Part shown: positions 30,495-44,699 of the stretch, in pieces | How positions within the stretch are numbered: position 1 is the first letter of the stretch | Layout of the letters: every line of letters begins with the position of its first letter | Assembly (NCBI RefSeq): GCF_009914755.1 | Contig: NC_060925.1 | DNA: 64,000 nt | Source of the DNA: the human T2T-CHM13v2.0 reference genome, Homo sapiens | Direction: 5' to 3' (one strand) | The notes under the pieces: generated by a model | What the model was told of the DNA's origin: nothing | The model's input: the letters and a program-made list of their open reading frames with translations, nothing else | Databases searched by the model: none | Translations under genes and position numbers: made by a program

Positions 30495-33183
30495 GAGAGA
30501 GACTTTTCTTTCCGTGATTATGACACTTGCTATGAGCAAATTATGTAACCTGCTGATTGTTTTTCAGAATGTCCCTGTAATGACTTTGTAAAGTTCTTTC
30601 ATCTTCATGGTTAGTGGCTTAGATTTGTAATACATTGTATTCATAGAATATATTTTGTTTGTAAGCCAATTGACATTTTTCAGTTTTTATAAGATTTAGA
30701 AGACAGAGAATTGTCATTTCTGAGTATTCCTAATCACAACTGTTCTGGCTGTTTTCCTTGAGTTTATTTAAAAAATTTATTCCTAATGGACCTCTCCTTG
30801 TTACCACAAGGAGGGTCAACTTTACCCCAGCAAGAGTATCCTCCAAGATCTCTTCCACTGAGAATGTCCTTCCCTTTAATCCAATAGTGATGTTGATTTA
30901 TCTTGTTCCCCTGTGTTTCTCTGAACTTTTCAATGGGTGTAGTAAAAAACCCTAGGCATAATATAACTAAAATATCCTGCACAAGAGGTAAATATTAAAA
31001 GGAGATGCAGAGAAATATTTGGGTAATTGGCTCTAAAGTAATTATTATTTCTTCTCCATCAAGTCTGCCTTTTAACAAGGTATAACACAACTCTTCGTAA
31101 CTTTTTCTATATTTACAGCTTTGAAATTACATTTAACTTCCACTTATTCTGCTATTGTTTCCATTCATACTTACATATTTAACTTTTCTGTATCTTTGCA
31201 GAAATAAAGGTTGCTTTATCATGGTTTATATTGCTTAATCATGGTTAAAAGGCAAAAAATTGCTTAATCATGGTTTATATTGAATGCAATTTGGTATTTG
31301 TATTTTAATAATAAATTATTTGTGTATATTATGATTAGTTTTTAGAAGTATTCTCTACCAACTTATTATTTTGTTTTATACTTATATGTTCTCTTTGACT
31401 TTATTTTTTCTTTCTTCACTATTTTCGGATGTCTTACATTTTCTCTACTATTCATACATTTACTTTTGTTCTCCTGTTGGTTGTCACTATTTTATTACTA
31501 TTATTTATATTTTTATTTTATGGTAGATTTCTAAAACTTATAAATAACTAAGTCCTTATCCCAAAAAAGGTGATGTACTTAATATGCACCAATGATTTTG
31601 ACAGCTACCCTCTTAATATCGCCATTATTAATATTATTTTAAATTTTGGGGGTATATAATAAATGCATATATTTATGGGCTACATGAGATATTTTGATAC
31701 CGATATGCAATACATAATAATCACATTATGGAAAATTGGGTTTCCATGCCCTCAAGCATTTATCCTTTATATTACAAACAATCCAATTATATTTTTTAAG
31801 TTATTTTAAAATGTGTAATTAAATTTTTATTGACTATAGTCCCCCTGTTTTGGTATCAAGTAATAGGTTTATTTATTCTTTCTAATTTTTTTGTATCCAT
31901 TAACTATCCCCACCCTCCCATTACTCCTTCCATCACTGTTCCCAACCCCTGTTAACAATCCTTCTATTCTCTACCTCCAAGAGCTCATTTTTTTTTTTTA
32001 AATTTTTAGATCACACAAATATGTGAGAATGTGTGATGTTTGCCTTTCTGTGCCTGGCTTATTTCACTTAACATAATGACCTCCAGTTTTTTCCATGTTA
32101 TTGCAAATGAAAGAATCTCATTTTTTTTATGGCTGAGTAGTACTCCATTGTGTGTAAGTACCACATTTTCTTTATCCATTCATCTGTTGATGGACACTTA
32201 GGTTGCTTCCAAATCTTAGCTATTGGGAACACGGCTGCAATAAGCATGAGAGTGCAGATACCTCTTAGATAGGCTGATACCCACAGAGGGATTGATGGAA
32301 CATAGGGTAAGTCTATTTTTAGTTTTTCTGAAGAACCTCCAAACTGTTCTCCAAGGCAGTTATATTAATTTATATTTCCAGCAATAGTATGAGGGTTCCT
32401 TTTCTCTTCATCCTTGTCAGCATTTGTTATTGCCTGACATTTGGATAAAAGCCATTTTATCTGAAGTCAGATGATATCTCATTGTGGTTTTAATTTGTAT
32501 TTCTTTGATTATCCATGACATTCAGCAAGTTTTTATATGCCTGTTTGCCATTCATATGTCTTCTTTTGAGAAATGTTTGTTAAGGATTTTAGCCATTTTT
32601 TTAGTTGGATTATTAGATTTTTTTCTATAATTGTTTGAGCTTCTTATATATTCCAGTTATTAATCCCTCATCAGATGGGTAGTTTGCAAATTTTTTTTTT
32701 TTTCCCATCCTGTAGGTTGTCTCTTCACTTTGTTGATTGTATTCTTTGCTCTGCAGAAGCTTTCTAACCTGATGTGATCTCATTTGACCATTTTTGTTTT
32801 GGTTGCCTATACTTGCAGGGTATTTGTCAAGAAATTTTTTGCTCAGATCAATGTCCTGGAAAATTTTCCCAATGTTTTCTTGTAGTGGTTTCATAGTTTG
32901 AGGTCTTAAGACTTAACTATTTAGTCAATTTTGATTTTATTTGTGTATTAGGTGAGAGATAGGAATAGTTTCATTCTTTTACCATATGGATATCTAGTTT
33001 TCCTCGCATCATTTGTTGATGACACTGTCTTTTCCCCAATGTATGTTCTTGACACCTCTGTGGGAAATAAATTTACTGTAGGTGTATGAATGTGATTCTA
33101 CGGTCTCTATTCTGTTCCATTGGTCTCTGTGTCTGTTTTTACGGCAGTACCATACTGTTTTGGTTACTATAGCCCTGTAGTAT

Positions 33184-33678
33184 TGGAACAGGAATTAAAA
33201 GAAATTAAAGAATGTGTAAGCAGAAACTCAGTTGTATGTAAGAAAACCCAACTCCCCCTGAGAAAGAGAAAGAGCTGGGGTCCTTTTCAAATTAACTGCC
33301 TGTTTTTCTGTGGCTAGTGAGCCTTATCTCTCCTCCTTTCCCAGGCATTGTGAAGACCCTGTTTCTCTAGCTGTGCAGCTTCAAGGTCACTAGACAGATA
33401 CCTAAACATGTTTCAAGTCGTAAAACATGTTTTTCCTTGAAAAGTAAGAAATGATGTAATGCATGTCTCAATTAAATAACTGTCTTTGTTTCTCACTTAT
33501 GTAATATGCTTCCCCCTGCATAGATCTCCCCCCGCCCCACAAAATGCTTAAAAGGTAACTTAACTCTTTGTTCAGGGCTCAGTCCTTTGGATGTTAATCC
33601 CACTGGGCCAGTGCACCTAAATAATAAATATCCTCCTGAACCCCATCGGTCTCTCTGATTCTTAACAATCCCACAACA
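33184..33678 (+). mobile_element. Solo ERV1 LTR, LTR15-like
   Basis: TG...CA termini, 495 bp, perfect 4-bp TSD GTAT (33180-33183 and 33679-33682), AATAAA near the 3' end; start caggaattaaaagaaattaaagaatgtgtaagc matches recalled LTR15. Confidence 0.88.
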
Positions 33679-36600
33679 GTATAATATGACATCAGGTAAT
33701 GTGATTCCTCCAGTTTTGTTATTTTTGCTCATGATATCTTTGGCTATTCTAAGCCTTTTGTTATTTTATATAAATTTTAGAATTTTTTTTTTCTATTTCT
33801 GCAAATAATGTCATTGGTATTTTGCTAGGAACTGCATTGAATCTTTAGATTGATTTGGGTAGTATGGACATTTTAACAATATAGGTTATTCCAACACATG
33901 AAAATGGAATATCTTTCCTTTTTTTGTTTTGGTGTTCTCTATTTTATGTGTGGCTATTGTACATAGGATTACTTCTTTTATTTCTTTTTCAGATTGTTCA
34001 TTTTTGGCATATGGAAATGCAGTTGATTTTTGTATGTTGATTTTGTATCCTGAAGCTTTCCTGAATTTGTTTATCAGTTCTAATAGTTTTTTGGTGGAGT
34101 CTTTATGTTTTTTCAAATGTAAGATCATATCTTCTGCAAACAAAGGTAATTAGACTGTGTTTGTTCCAATTTGAACGCCTTTTATTTCTTTGTTTTGTGT
34201 AACTGCTCTACCTAATACTTCTAATATTATGTTGAATAACAGTAGTGAAAGTGGACAACTTTTCCCCCATTCAGTAGGATAGTAGCTGTGGGTCTGTTTT
34301 ATATGGCTTTTGTTATGTTGAAGTATGTCCCTTCTATATCCAGTTTTTAGAGGGTTTTTATCATAAAGGGATGTTGAAATTTATCAAAGGCTTTTTCAGC
34401 ATCAATTAAAATTAGCACCTTTTTTCCTTTATTTTGTTGATATTATGTATTACATAAATCAATTTGCATATGTTGAACCATCCTTCTATCCCAGAGATAA
34501 ATCCCACTGGGTCATGATGAATGATCTTTTTAATGTCTTGTTTAATTCAATTGGTTAATATTTTTCTTGAGGACTTTTGCATCAATATTCAGCAGAGACA
34601 TTGGCCTGTAATTTTCTTTTTTGATGTGTCTGTTTCTGGTTTGGGTACCAGGATAATACTGGTCTCATATAATTAGTTTAGTAGTATTCCTTTCTCCTCT
34701 AGTTTTTGGAACAGTTTGTGTAGAATTGGCATTTGTTATTCTGGTAGATTTCAGTAGTGATGATTGGGTCCTAGGCTTTTCCTTACTGGAAGATTTTTAT
34801 TACAGCTTAGATCTTGTTACTCGTTATGGTTCTGTTCAGGTTTTGGATTTCTTCATGGTTCAATCTTGTTAGATTGTATGTGTCTCAGAATTTATCAATT
34901 TCTTCTAGATTTTCCAGTTAATTGGCATACAGTTAATCATAGTAGCCACTAATGATCCTTTGAATTTCTGGGATATCAGTTGTAGTGTCTCATTTTGCAT
35001 CTCTGATTTTTTAATTAGGTCTTCTCTTGGTATTTCTTAGTCTGGCTAAGGATTTGTCCATTTTTTTTTAACTTTTTAAAAGACCAAGGTTTGTTTCATT
35101 TATCTTTTTTTTATTTTAAATTGATTTATGTATGCTCTTATCTTTATTATTTCTATTCTTCTACTAATTTGGGGATTGCTTTGTTGTTGTTCTTTTAGTT
35201 CTATAACATGCACCATTAGGTTATTTATGTAAAGTTTTTATTATTTTTTATGCAAGCACTTATAGCTATAAACTTCCTTCTTAGTATTGCTTTCACTGTA
35301 TCCCACAGGTTTTGATATATTATGTTTTCATTATCATTTGTTTCTAGAACTTTAAAATTTTCTTCTTAACTTTTTCGTTGAGCCACTGGTCATGCAGGGA
35401 CTTATTGTTTAATTCCCATGTGTTTGTATAATTTCCAAAATTCCTCTTTTTATTGATTTCTAATTTTATTCCATTGTGGTCAGAGAACATGCTGATATTA
35501 TCTCAATTTCTTGAATGTTTTAAGACTTGTTTAGCAGCCTAACATGTCTTTCCTTAAGAATGATCTATGTGTGGAGGAGAAAAATATGTATTCTGCAGCC
35601 ATTGAATAAAATATTCTGCGAATATCTGTTAGGTATATTTATTCTATAATGCAGATTAAGTCCAGTGGTTCATTGTTTATTTTCCTCCTGGGAGTTCCTT
35701 TCAATACTGGAAGTTGGTTGTTCTCTGGCTATTTTTTTTTGTATTGAAGTCTATCTCACTCTTTAGTATCATTAATATTTCTTTATATATCTGGTGTTCC
35801 AGTGTTGGGTGCATATAGATTTACAATTGTTATATTGTCTTGCTGAATTGACCCCTTTATTATTATGTAATGACCTTCTTTGTCTATTCTTACAGGTTTT
35901 GTCTTGAAATCAATTTTGTGTGATATAAATATAGTTACTCCTGCTCTTATTTGGTTTCCATTGGCATGAACTAAATTTTTTTTATCCCTTCATTTTAAGT
36001 CTATGTGTATGTTTATAGATGAGGTATATTTCTTGTAGGCAACAAATCATTAGGTCTTGTTTTTTCATCCATTCAGGCACTCTGTGTTGTTTGATTGGGA
36101 AATTTAGTTCATTCACGTTCAATGTTATTATGGATAGATAGGGATTGACTTCTGTCATTTTGTTATTTGTTTTCTGGCTGTTTTGCATTGTCCTCTTTCT
36201 TCTTTTTTTCCTTCCTGTCTTCCTTTTAGTGAAAGTGATTGACTTTCTCTGGTGGTATGCTTTAATCTCTTGTTTTTATTTTTTTTGTGTGTCTGTTGCA
36301 TGTTTTTCATACAATTTGAGGTTACCATGAGTCTTCTAAATTCTATCTTATAAACCAATATTTTAAACTAATGACAACTTAACACTCATCTCATTAACAA
36401 ACACACACACACAAACCAATAGAAACTTTATATGTTAACTTCATCCCCCCACAGTTTTACTTCATGAGGTTTCTCTTTATGTCTCATTCTACTATGTCTT
36501 GAAAAGTTGTTGTAGTAATTACTTTTTATTGTTTAGTGTTCCTACATAAGTCAAGAATAGTTTACACACCATAATTATAGTGTTGTACTATTTTGTTTCT

Positions 36601-38419
36601 CTGTGTGCTTCTTATTGCCAGTGAGTGTTTTATCTTCAGATAATTTTTGTCTTATTTCTTAACATCCTTTTCTCGTAAAACAGATCTGGCATTGGTGAAA
36701 TCACTTTTTTTTTTTTTTTTTTTTTTTTTGGTCTGGGAAGGTCTTTACCTCTCTTTCATGTTTGAAAGATATTTTTGCTGGATATACTATTCTACGGTAA
36801 GAGTGTTTTTTTCTTCAGCCTTTAAATATGCTGTACCATGCTCTCCTGCCCTGTGAGTTTTCCACTAAAAAGTCTGTTGCCAGACATATTGGAGCTCCAT
36901 TGTATGTCATTTGTTTCATTTCTCTTGTCCTTGACCTTGGGAGTTTTATTTTTAAATGACTTGATGTAATATTCCTTGGGATAAATCTGCTTGATATTCT
37001 ATAACCTTATTGTAATTGAATGTTGGTATCAGTCTCTACGTTTGAAATGTTCTTGGATATTATCCCTTTAAATTAACTTTCTACCCCTATATCTTTCTGT
37101 ACCTCCTCTTTAAGGCTGATAACTCAGATTTGCCCTTTTGAGGCTACTTTCTAGGTCTTGTATGTGTGCTTCATTGTTTTTAATTCTTTCTTTTGTCTCC
37201 TCTGACTGTGTATTGTTCCAATAGCCTATCTTCAAGCTCACTAATTATTTCTTCTGCATGAACCATTCTGCTATTAAAGAACTCTGATGGCATTCTTCAG
37301 CAGGTCAATTGAATTTTTCAGCTCTAGAATTTCTCCTTGGTTCTTTTTAATTATTTCAATCTCCTTGTTAGATTTATCTCTGATAGAATGCTGAATTCCC
37401 TCTCTGTGTTATCTTTTGAGTTTCCTCAATACAGGTATTTTGAATTCTCATTCTGAAAAGTCATAATATCTCTGTTGTGGGATTGGTTCCTGATGCCTTG
37501 TTTAGTTCATTTGGTGGATCATGTTTCCCTGGATGGTGTTAATGCTTACAGATGTTCTTCAATGTTTGGTATTGTAGACTTAGGAATTTACTATTGTTTT
37601 CACAGTCTGAGCTTGTTTGTGCTTTTGTTCTTGAGAAGACTTCCCTGGTAAACAAAGGACTTTCGGTCCAAGTCCAATAAGGCTATGTTTTTTGCAGACT
37701 GATAGAGGTATAGTTTTAATGGTCTTGAATAAGATTCAGAAGAATTATCTGGATTACCAGGAAGAGACTGTTGTTTTCCGCCTTACTTTCCAAACAAGAT
37801 TTTTCCCTTGACACCCTTTGTGGGCAGGAGCTGAAGTGGCTCTTTTCACTCAGCCTGTCGCTGGCCACTGCTCCTGAAACAATGTGGGCAAGCAAGCAAG
37901 CATGGGAACTGGAGGGAAAGGCCTGCTGGAACTGGCTGGTCACTCCTCTCTGGCAGAAGCAGGCTCTGTGTGAGCCCCACAGCAGCATTCAAGCCCCTGC
38001 CCTCTCAGCACCCATGTTCTTGTCCAGCATCCAAGAAGCATCAGGTCACATGAATGGATTCAAGAGTAGTGCATGCGAAAGATTCCCGTGGGTGATAAAA
38101 GTGGCTCTCTGCAGAATGGGGAATTGGAAAGGGGATGGTGCAGGAAGGAGGTGATCCTTCCATGAAGCCACACTATCTGAAATTAGCTGTGTCTATCCAT
38201 AGTCTGACACTCAGCTGTTTGTATCTCCAATGTTCAGCAGCTTGTATTCCTGCCAGTTAGCTATTTGTGTTGCTCTGCCAGCTGAAGTCTTTTCATGGGC
38301 AAAGAATAGGGGTGTTTCAGGTCAAAAAGCCACAGAAAAATGGGGTCAGCTACTTTCACTTAGGCCACTCCAGGCTTAAGGGTGGAGTTTAGCTGGGAAC
38401 CCACCGATTCTGTATCATA

Positions 38420-38429
38420 TTCCCCCTCT
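38420..38429 (-). other. Polypurine tract of the provirus
   Basis: Sense AGAGGGGGAA-TA directly before the 3' LTR start TGATACA. Confidence 0.8.
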
Positions 38430-39775
38430 GAAGAAGCACATTTAACTGCCATTAGAATATGGATGGTGACTGACCTCAGCTACTTCCTGCTGAAAGGGAG
38501 TACTGTTTGGGAAAATAGAAGTCAGATTCCTCCTGAGGTCTACACAAATGTCCCTGGCAAAAGGGAGCCATTGTCCCAGGTTCCAGCTACCTGCCCGTTT
38601 GGAGCCTTGATGGCCTCTAGGTGAGACAAACAACAAGCTTTAAAAGGTTAAATATGCATGGATCAAACACGTGTATTATACAAGGAAAGAATCTCATGCC
38701 AGTGATTACAGAAATAAGAAGTAAAATATACTAACAACATTGTACCCCAAACTGTCTCACCCTGGTGAAAGAATTAAACCTTATATGGGAGTGGTTAAAC
38801 TTTATGAGAGATATAACTGTTCTTACCATATCTGTAGCAATCAACAGGTGACCCTAAGGAAATCTCAGGTTTGTGGGCTTGCAAACTTCAGGAGATCCTC
38901 TAAAGTACTATCTGGTTCCAGGGTCTGGTTCTGAGTATAAACTGAAGGCAGTAGAATTTGTTGGTTGCCTATTCTGAAAGATAAGGAATTCAGAATCCGT
39001 CATTCTTTTTTTTTTTTTTTTTTTCAGTGAAAAGTTGGAGTGTGAGGGAGAAAGAAAGTAGGTGTCCTCCCTTTATTTTCATCCTTATTCCTAAGTCCCA
39101 GCAACGTTGGCAGGTGCCACCCATGGGAACCAAAGTGGCTTTCACCCATGTTAACAGGGGGTCTAGGGATGGGAATATCTACTCTTGCTGAAGTACACCC
39201 TACCTGGGCCTCATTTATGCTACAGAATGTGGCCTCCTTTCGTGAAATGGGGATTTAATTGGCAGGAATTTGCTTGCCCATTTACACTATGCCTGTTGCC
39301 TGGCTTTGGATCCCTCAGATATGGTTTTCCTTTCTAGGGCCTCAACCTGAAGCTTGGAATAGAGTTTGAGACAAGAAAAAAAGATGTTTCAGGGTCTGCA
39401 TAGATTTATTTAGATTAAGTCCCAGATAGGCTTTGCCAAATTTACTGTTATCAGTCAGCAAGGGTTGCCCCTCTGTTGCTTCCCTACCATAAGCAGAATG
39501 CTGAGGTACAAAGAGAACTCTCTCACTTAGAAAAGAAGGAAAACAACTTAAAGTGCATAACGTGGGGGTTTGGGGAGCTGAGGAAATAGCCATTTGCTCT
39601 GTAGGAATGGGTTCCCTTTAATCACTGTATCCTTTCCCTAGTTCAAACTGGCTAGACGCCTGTGAAGGGAAACAGAGCCAACATATTCCTATTACCTAAA
39701 GGAAAGAGAGAGGTGGCAGGGTCTTGGAAAAAAGACAGATCCAACAGTTCCTCATTTTAACTCACAATTTTTTGT

Positions 39776-39793
39776 ATCCTGGATGAGCCCTCA
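39776..39793 (-). other. Primer-binding site, tRNA-Pro type
   Basis: Sense TGAGGGCTCATCCAGGAT versus Pro PBS TGGGGGCTCGTCCGGGAT (15/18, all G>A), 2 nt after the 5' LTR end. Confidence 0.88.
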
Positions 39794-41995
39794 GATGAGA
39801 CAGGATTGTTCCCTTGACCGCCTTTGTGGGATGGAATTGGAGTAGCTCCTTTCACTCAGCCTGCCACTGGCCACTCCTCATGAAACAGAGCATGCAAGCA
39901 AGCACTGGAACCAGAAGGAATGAACACGGAAACCAGCTGGTTGCTTCTCTCTGGCAGGAGCAGGTTTTGTGAGGGCCCTGCAGCAGCATCCAAGCCCCTG
40001 GCCTCTGGGCACCTGGGTTCTTGTTCAGTGTCTAGGAAGTAAAAGGTCACAGGAACAAAGGATTGAAGAGTAGTGCATGTGGAGAATTCCACTGGGTGAT
40101 AAAGGTGGCTCTCAGCAGGGTGGGGAATTGGAAAGGGGATGGTGCAGGAAGAAGGTGATCCTTTCCTGAAGGCTCACCATCTGAAGCTAGACACATCTAT
40201 GTATAGTCTCTTGATGCTCAGACACTTGTATCACTGCTGGTCAGCTGCTTGTGTTGTTCCGCCAGCTGAAGTCTTTTTATGGGCACAGGACAGGGACATG
40301 GCAGCCCCAAAAAAGCAACATTTGGGCAGAAAAACAGGGTTAGCTATTTTCACTTAGGGCCTTTGCTCCAGGTTTAAAGTGAAGTTTAGCCATTCTGTAT
40401 TTCTTTCTCTGAAACAGAGTCTCTCTGTGCTGAGACACCTGGAACTGAGGGTGTGGTGATGCATGTATCCCTATGGCCACCACCACTAGGACTGTGCTGT
40501 GTCAGACCTGAAGGCAGCACTGCTCTGGGCCTTGCACAAGGCCCTTCTCTTCAGGACAAGGTGTCCCCCTAGGCCTTGGGCATGTCCAGAGATACTATCT
40601 GAGAGCCAGAAATTGGAGTCAAAGACCTTAGCAATTTGTCTGATGTTCTGTTCTACTGCAGTTAAGTTGTCACTCAAACCACAATACAAAGTCCTCCCTG
40701 CTCTTCTGTCTCCTTTTCAAAGGCTGAGAAGCCTCTCCCTGTGGTCATCACCAGCACCAGTTCACATAGTTTTGCCAGGCAACAGCCAATGTTCACTTAA
40801 AGCCTATCACCATTATTTTTGATACTGCTTATTTAAATAAGAAATTTACTGAGTTATTTACTCACCATCATTTTCTATATTATAGTTTTCTGCTTATAGT
40901 TATTTATATTCTTGCTGAAGCATTTCTGTGAATGTTTTGAAAAAATATCATTGGATAATAAACTTTCCTAAAACTTGTTTCGGAGAGCCTATTGAATTGG
41001 CCAAGATACTCAAATTATAATTCTACTTATATATGAAATATTATGTTCAACAATTTAAAAAACTATCAATATATTTACCTGCTTTTGAATGTCACCTAGG
41101 GAGAAATTTGAAGTTAGTATTATTCCTCTCTCATCAGTGAACTTTTTCTTATCTAGTGGATATGAAATGGTCATGTTTTCTTTGAGATTCTTCAGTTTAA
41201 AACCAATATTTATAATATGTGTGCATTTGTTTTGCCTTTATTTGCCTTGCTTGTCATTTTTATGATTGATTCCTGAACATTTTATTTATTATATCATAAA
41301 ATATTTTGATCTTTTTTATATGTTCTATTTGATGACTCATCAAATTTATGCTACCATTTTGATAGCTTCCTTATCTTATCATCTAGTTTATTAACTTCAT
41401 CTGTTGATCATATTCATATTTCTTTGTAAGGTATTTACTGAGATCTTTACTTGAGGGATTAAAATTTTTTACACAGTACTTAAATTGGCCATGTCTCATA
41501 ATGCCTGTTCCTGACGCAAGTTTGTAATCTCATCTCTTATTTTTCTGGGCAGATTTATTATGTTTTCTAAAAATTGTAGTTTTGCCTGTATATAAATTTA
41601 ATTGTTTAGTTTGTTACTTTTTTATGGTGCTGTGGTCCTCAGATATCTGTTTTCTTCTTGCAAGATTATCATGTTGGTTTACATATTACATAATTACTTA
41701 GTAACTCATATCTGAGGAAAGAGTTACTAAACCTTGCTTTGTGCTACTTTATGAGAACATTCAGTAATGGGGTGAAAATTAGGGCAGAGAACTTTCAGAA
41801 TTGTATATGGTTATTGAACATATCTTACTTAGTTTATTCATTCCTCCACTATCCAATATGATGCTGATCCTTAGGGAAAGCCCCAGGTCCTCTGAGTCTT
41901 ACGTTTCAATATTAAGTTTGATGTTTACTTTAGGTTTCCAGTAGATAAATTTTAAGACAATCAAATACACACAGAGTTCTGTTTTGTGAAGAGTT

Positions 41996-42330
41996 TTTTT
42001 TTTGTTTTGTTTTTATTTTTATTTATTTCTTTCTGAGACAAGGTCTTGCTCTGTCACCCAAGCTGGATTGCAGTGGTGCTATCACAGCTCACTGCAGCCT
42101 TGACCTCCTGAGCCCAAACAATCCTCCTACCTCAACCTCCCAAATAGCTAGGACCACAGACTCATGCCACCACGCCCGGCTAGGGTTATTATTATTATTG
42201 TCTTTTATTTTGTATAGATAGGGTCCTCCTATGTTACCTGGGATGGTCTTAAACTCTGGGGTTCAAGCTGTCCTCCTGCCTTGGCCTCCCAAAGTTATGG
42301 GATTACAGAAATGAGCCACCATGCTTGGCC
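41996..42330 (-). mobile_element. AluJ
   Basis: cacagctcactgcagccttgacctcctg; TSD ttgtgaagagtt at 41984-41995 and 42331-42342. Confidence 0.93.
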
Positions 42331-44699
42331 TTGTGAAGAGTTATTATTATCATTAGTATATGCTATTTTTTATTTTATTTTTTTCTGAAACTGATGATAT
42401 TATGTTCTATTTATAAGTCATGGTTGATGAAGACATGGTCTTTGACAAATGACGACATAGAAATTCTCCTCCTATCACATTTGTAAGCCCTCATGATGAG
42501 TAGGTGAATTGAAAAAAGTAGAATTCTGCTACCAAAGTTAATAAATTCATATGAAATAATTTCTCTTCATATGGAGGAAAAAGTTGAGTATTACCTATGT
42601 ATAGAGGCTTTATGTGATCAAGGTAATGCCAATAATTCTTCTAGGCAAAATATTTTACCTTCTTTTATCTTACTCTGGGTTTCCAAGGAAACGTTATTTT
42701 GAAGGAAATTGTACATTCTTACCTTTCTTTTTATTTGTTTTTGTTGTTGGTTACTTCTCATCAGTCTCAGCTTGTTGGCTCTATTACTTTGCTATTTGTA
42801 TACAATTCCTTTAATTATAAAAATAAAACACAATGATGACCTGATGCTAAACAGATCAATGGGATGAGTAGACATTTTAAAAATTTTCATTATTTTTTAG
42901 TTTGATAATTCTAGAAATTCTTCTCTAAAATGTGTAATGCTCTGCTAATTGCTCTAAATTTATATTAATGTATCTTTGATAGAGTGGCCTGAAAGAAGTA
43001 GGTGGAGTCAACTCTGTGGATTCTTTAATCCCCAAATGTTCCCAATTCCAGTATTTCAATTGTGGCTGATTCCTAGTAGTAAAATAGTATTCCAGTGGAT
43101 ATTATGTTTACTTGTGTTATTTCAAAGGGCCTCAAATAACCTCATTTCCAGCCCTTTCTAAGTTATGGATATTATTTCATTTCTAATGGCATTTTCTTTT
43201 TTCCCATATAATGATATTACTGCTTCTAAGAGGGGATAATTACAAATCTATTACTCGTGTCTTCCATCAAACTTGTCCCATCTGCATTATATATAATGAA
43301 TTCAGTCAATGTTTCTGGCTGTTGAATAATAACCTTCCCTAATTTTTAGTGATGTTGGAGGTTTCTGTCATTTGATTTGTAATAACTTTATTCATTTCCT
43401 AGGATATACAGGGCAAGCAGAGAATGAGTAGATAGAGGTGAAATTGTATGGTCTTTGTACTCAATGTACAATATTATGTGTAAATCTATAAAAATGTATT
43501 ACTTTACCTTTTCAGAAAGATACAGAACACATTCAATAACTTGTTTAACTCAAGTTTTCACATGCTACCTAAAAAATTATTTAACCTGGAAATAATAAAA
43601 ATAATCTAACTTTACCCACTTGTTTACAATATCAATGTGGGACTTTATCAAGATTTCATGTTTGCTTTTCTATTACTTTAGTCTAATCTAGATTCCAGGT
43701 GTTATCCAGGCAAATTAATTAATTTATGTTTTCCCAGAAAAGAATTAGCATAATGTAACCAGTGATCACTCTCCTCTGGATTGGGTAAGAATTAAATAGC
43801 TATTTTGAATGAGATATTAGTGATATAAGGTAAATACTGATTTGCTTCTTTTCAGTCTTTTCTTTTGTAAACTGTCTTATACCTTCCATGTAGAAATATT
43901 TTGAGCTGGAATAATAATAGAAAATCATAAAACAATCTGACCAATGAGATAATCTTATGAACAAAAGAAGCAACATTTTTGATGCGGTCTTGTAAATTGT
44001 AGTAAGTTGCCATTTTTAGAAAAGGAAATCTTATAAAACACAATAAAATGTAGCTCCTTAAAAAACGATGTATTTTTTGAATAGACAGGTAAAAAATAAG
44101 TACTACAGTTTAATACACATAAATGAGAGAAGGCCACCGCTGTATATAAACAGTCCCTTTTAAATTAAACAGTGTGCTTTAATTGAATTGCCTGCTGAGC
44201 CAAACAAAAATCAGGTCTCTCCCAGAATCAGACTCTGACTGTCATGCACTTTAAGTAAAAGCAAGCAAAATATCTCTCCATGCTTTCAGAGAATGCTGTA
44301 GCTTTCACAGAGTTTTGGAAAGCTTTTCAATACGGTTTTTTATAATTGCATTTTTCCCCAGGTTAAAAGAAATCTCTAATCACAGTGCCTTTTTTATTCC
44401 CTTGGGTACTTCCCTACCTGTGTTACAGGAGAGACCACCGTGACTCGCAGTAGGAGCCCTCTTTGTAAGATTCAAACTAATTTTATACAAAGTTAATTGA
44501 AGCTTTCGACTATTGAATTTTTTAAGTAATGAAACTGCCTTTTCAGAACTTTTCCACTTAATGTCTGTTCCTTCATGGAATCATTTATCATTTCTAACTG
44601 GCACAGTAAAATCTGTGCCATATACACATAAATATGTCATATTCATATGAATCCTACAATAGATTAGTGTAGTGTGTGTGCTGTATAACACATGACAAA

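Larger units (their letters stand above)
37790..40402 (-). mobile_element. Internally deleted ERV1 provirus with two LTR27-like LTRs (MER4/HUERS-P group)
   Basis: Direct repeats at 37790-38417 (3' LTR) and 39796-40402 (5' LTR), roughly 80% identical by eye; sense start TGATACAGAA...GCTAAACTCCACCCTTAAGCC; about 1.4-kb internal region; probable TSD cttt(c); interrupts the L1 5'UTR. Confidence 0.88.
31630..40804 (-). mobile_element. L1MA2-like LINE, nearly full length (truncated within the 5'UTR), with two ERV insertions
   Basis: 3' end ...ccctcaagcatttatcc...ttacaaacaatccaattat; ORF2 peptides FAEDMILHL...KLLELINKF...GYKINIQKS and YLSIITLNVNELNFPIK; TSD tatc(g/a)ccattatt at 31617-31629 and 40805-40817. 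Confidence 0.9.

Noticed and set aside
37771-38154. 127-aa ORF
   Set aside because: Antisense reading of an ERV LTR; not conserved as an ORF in the sister LTR
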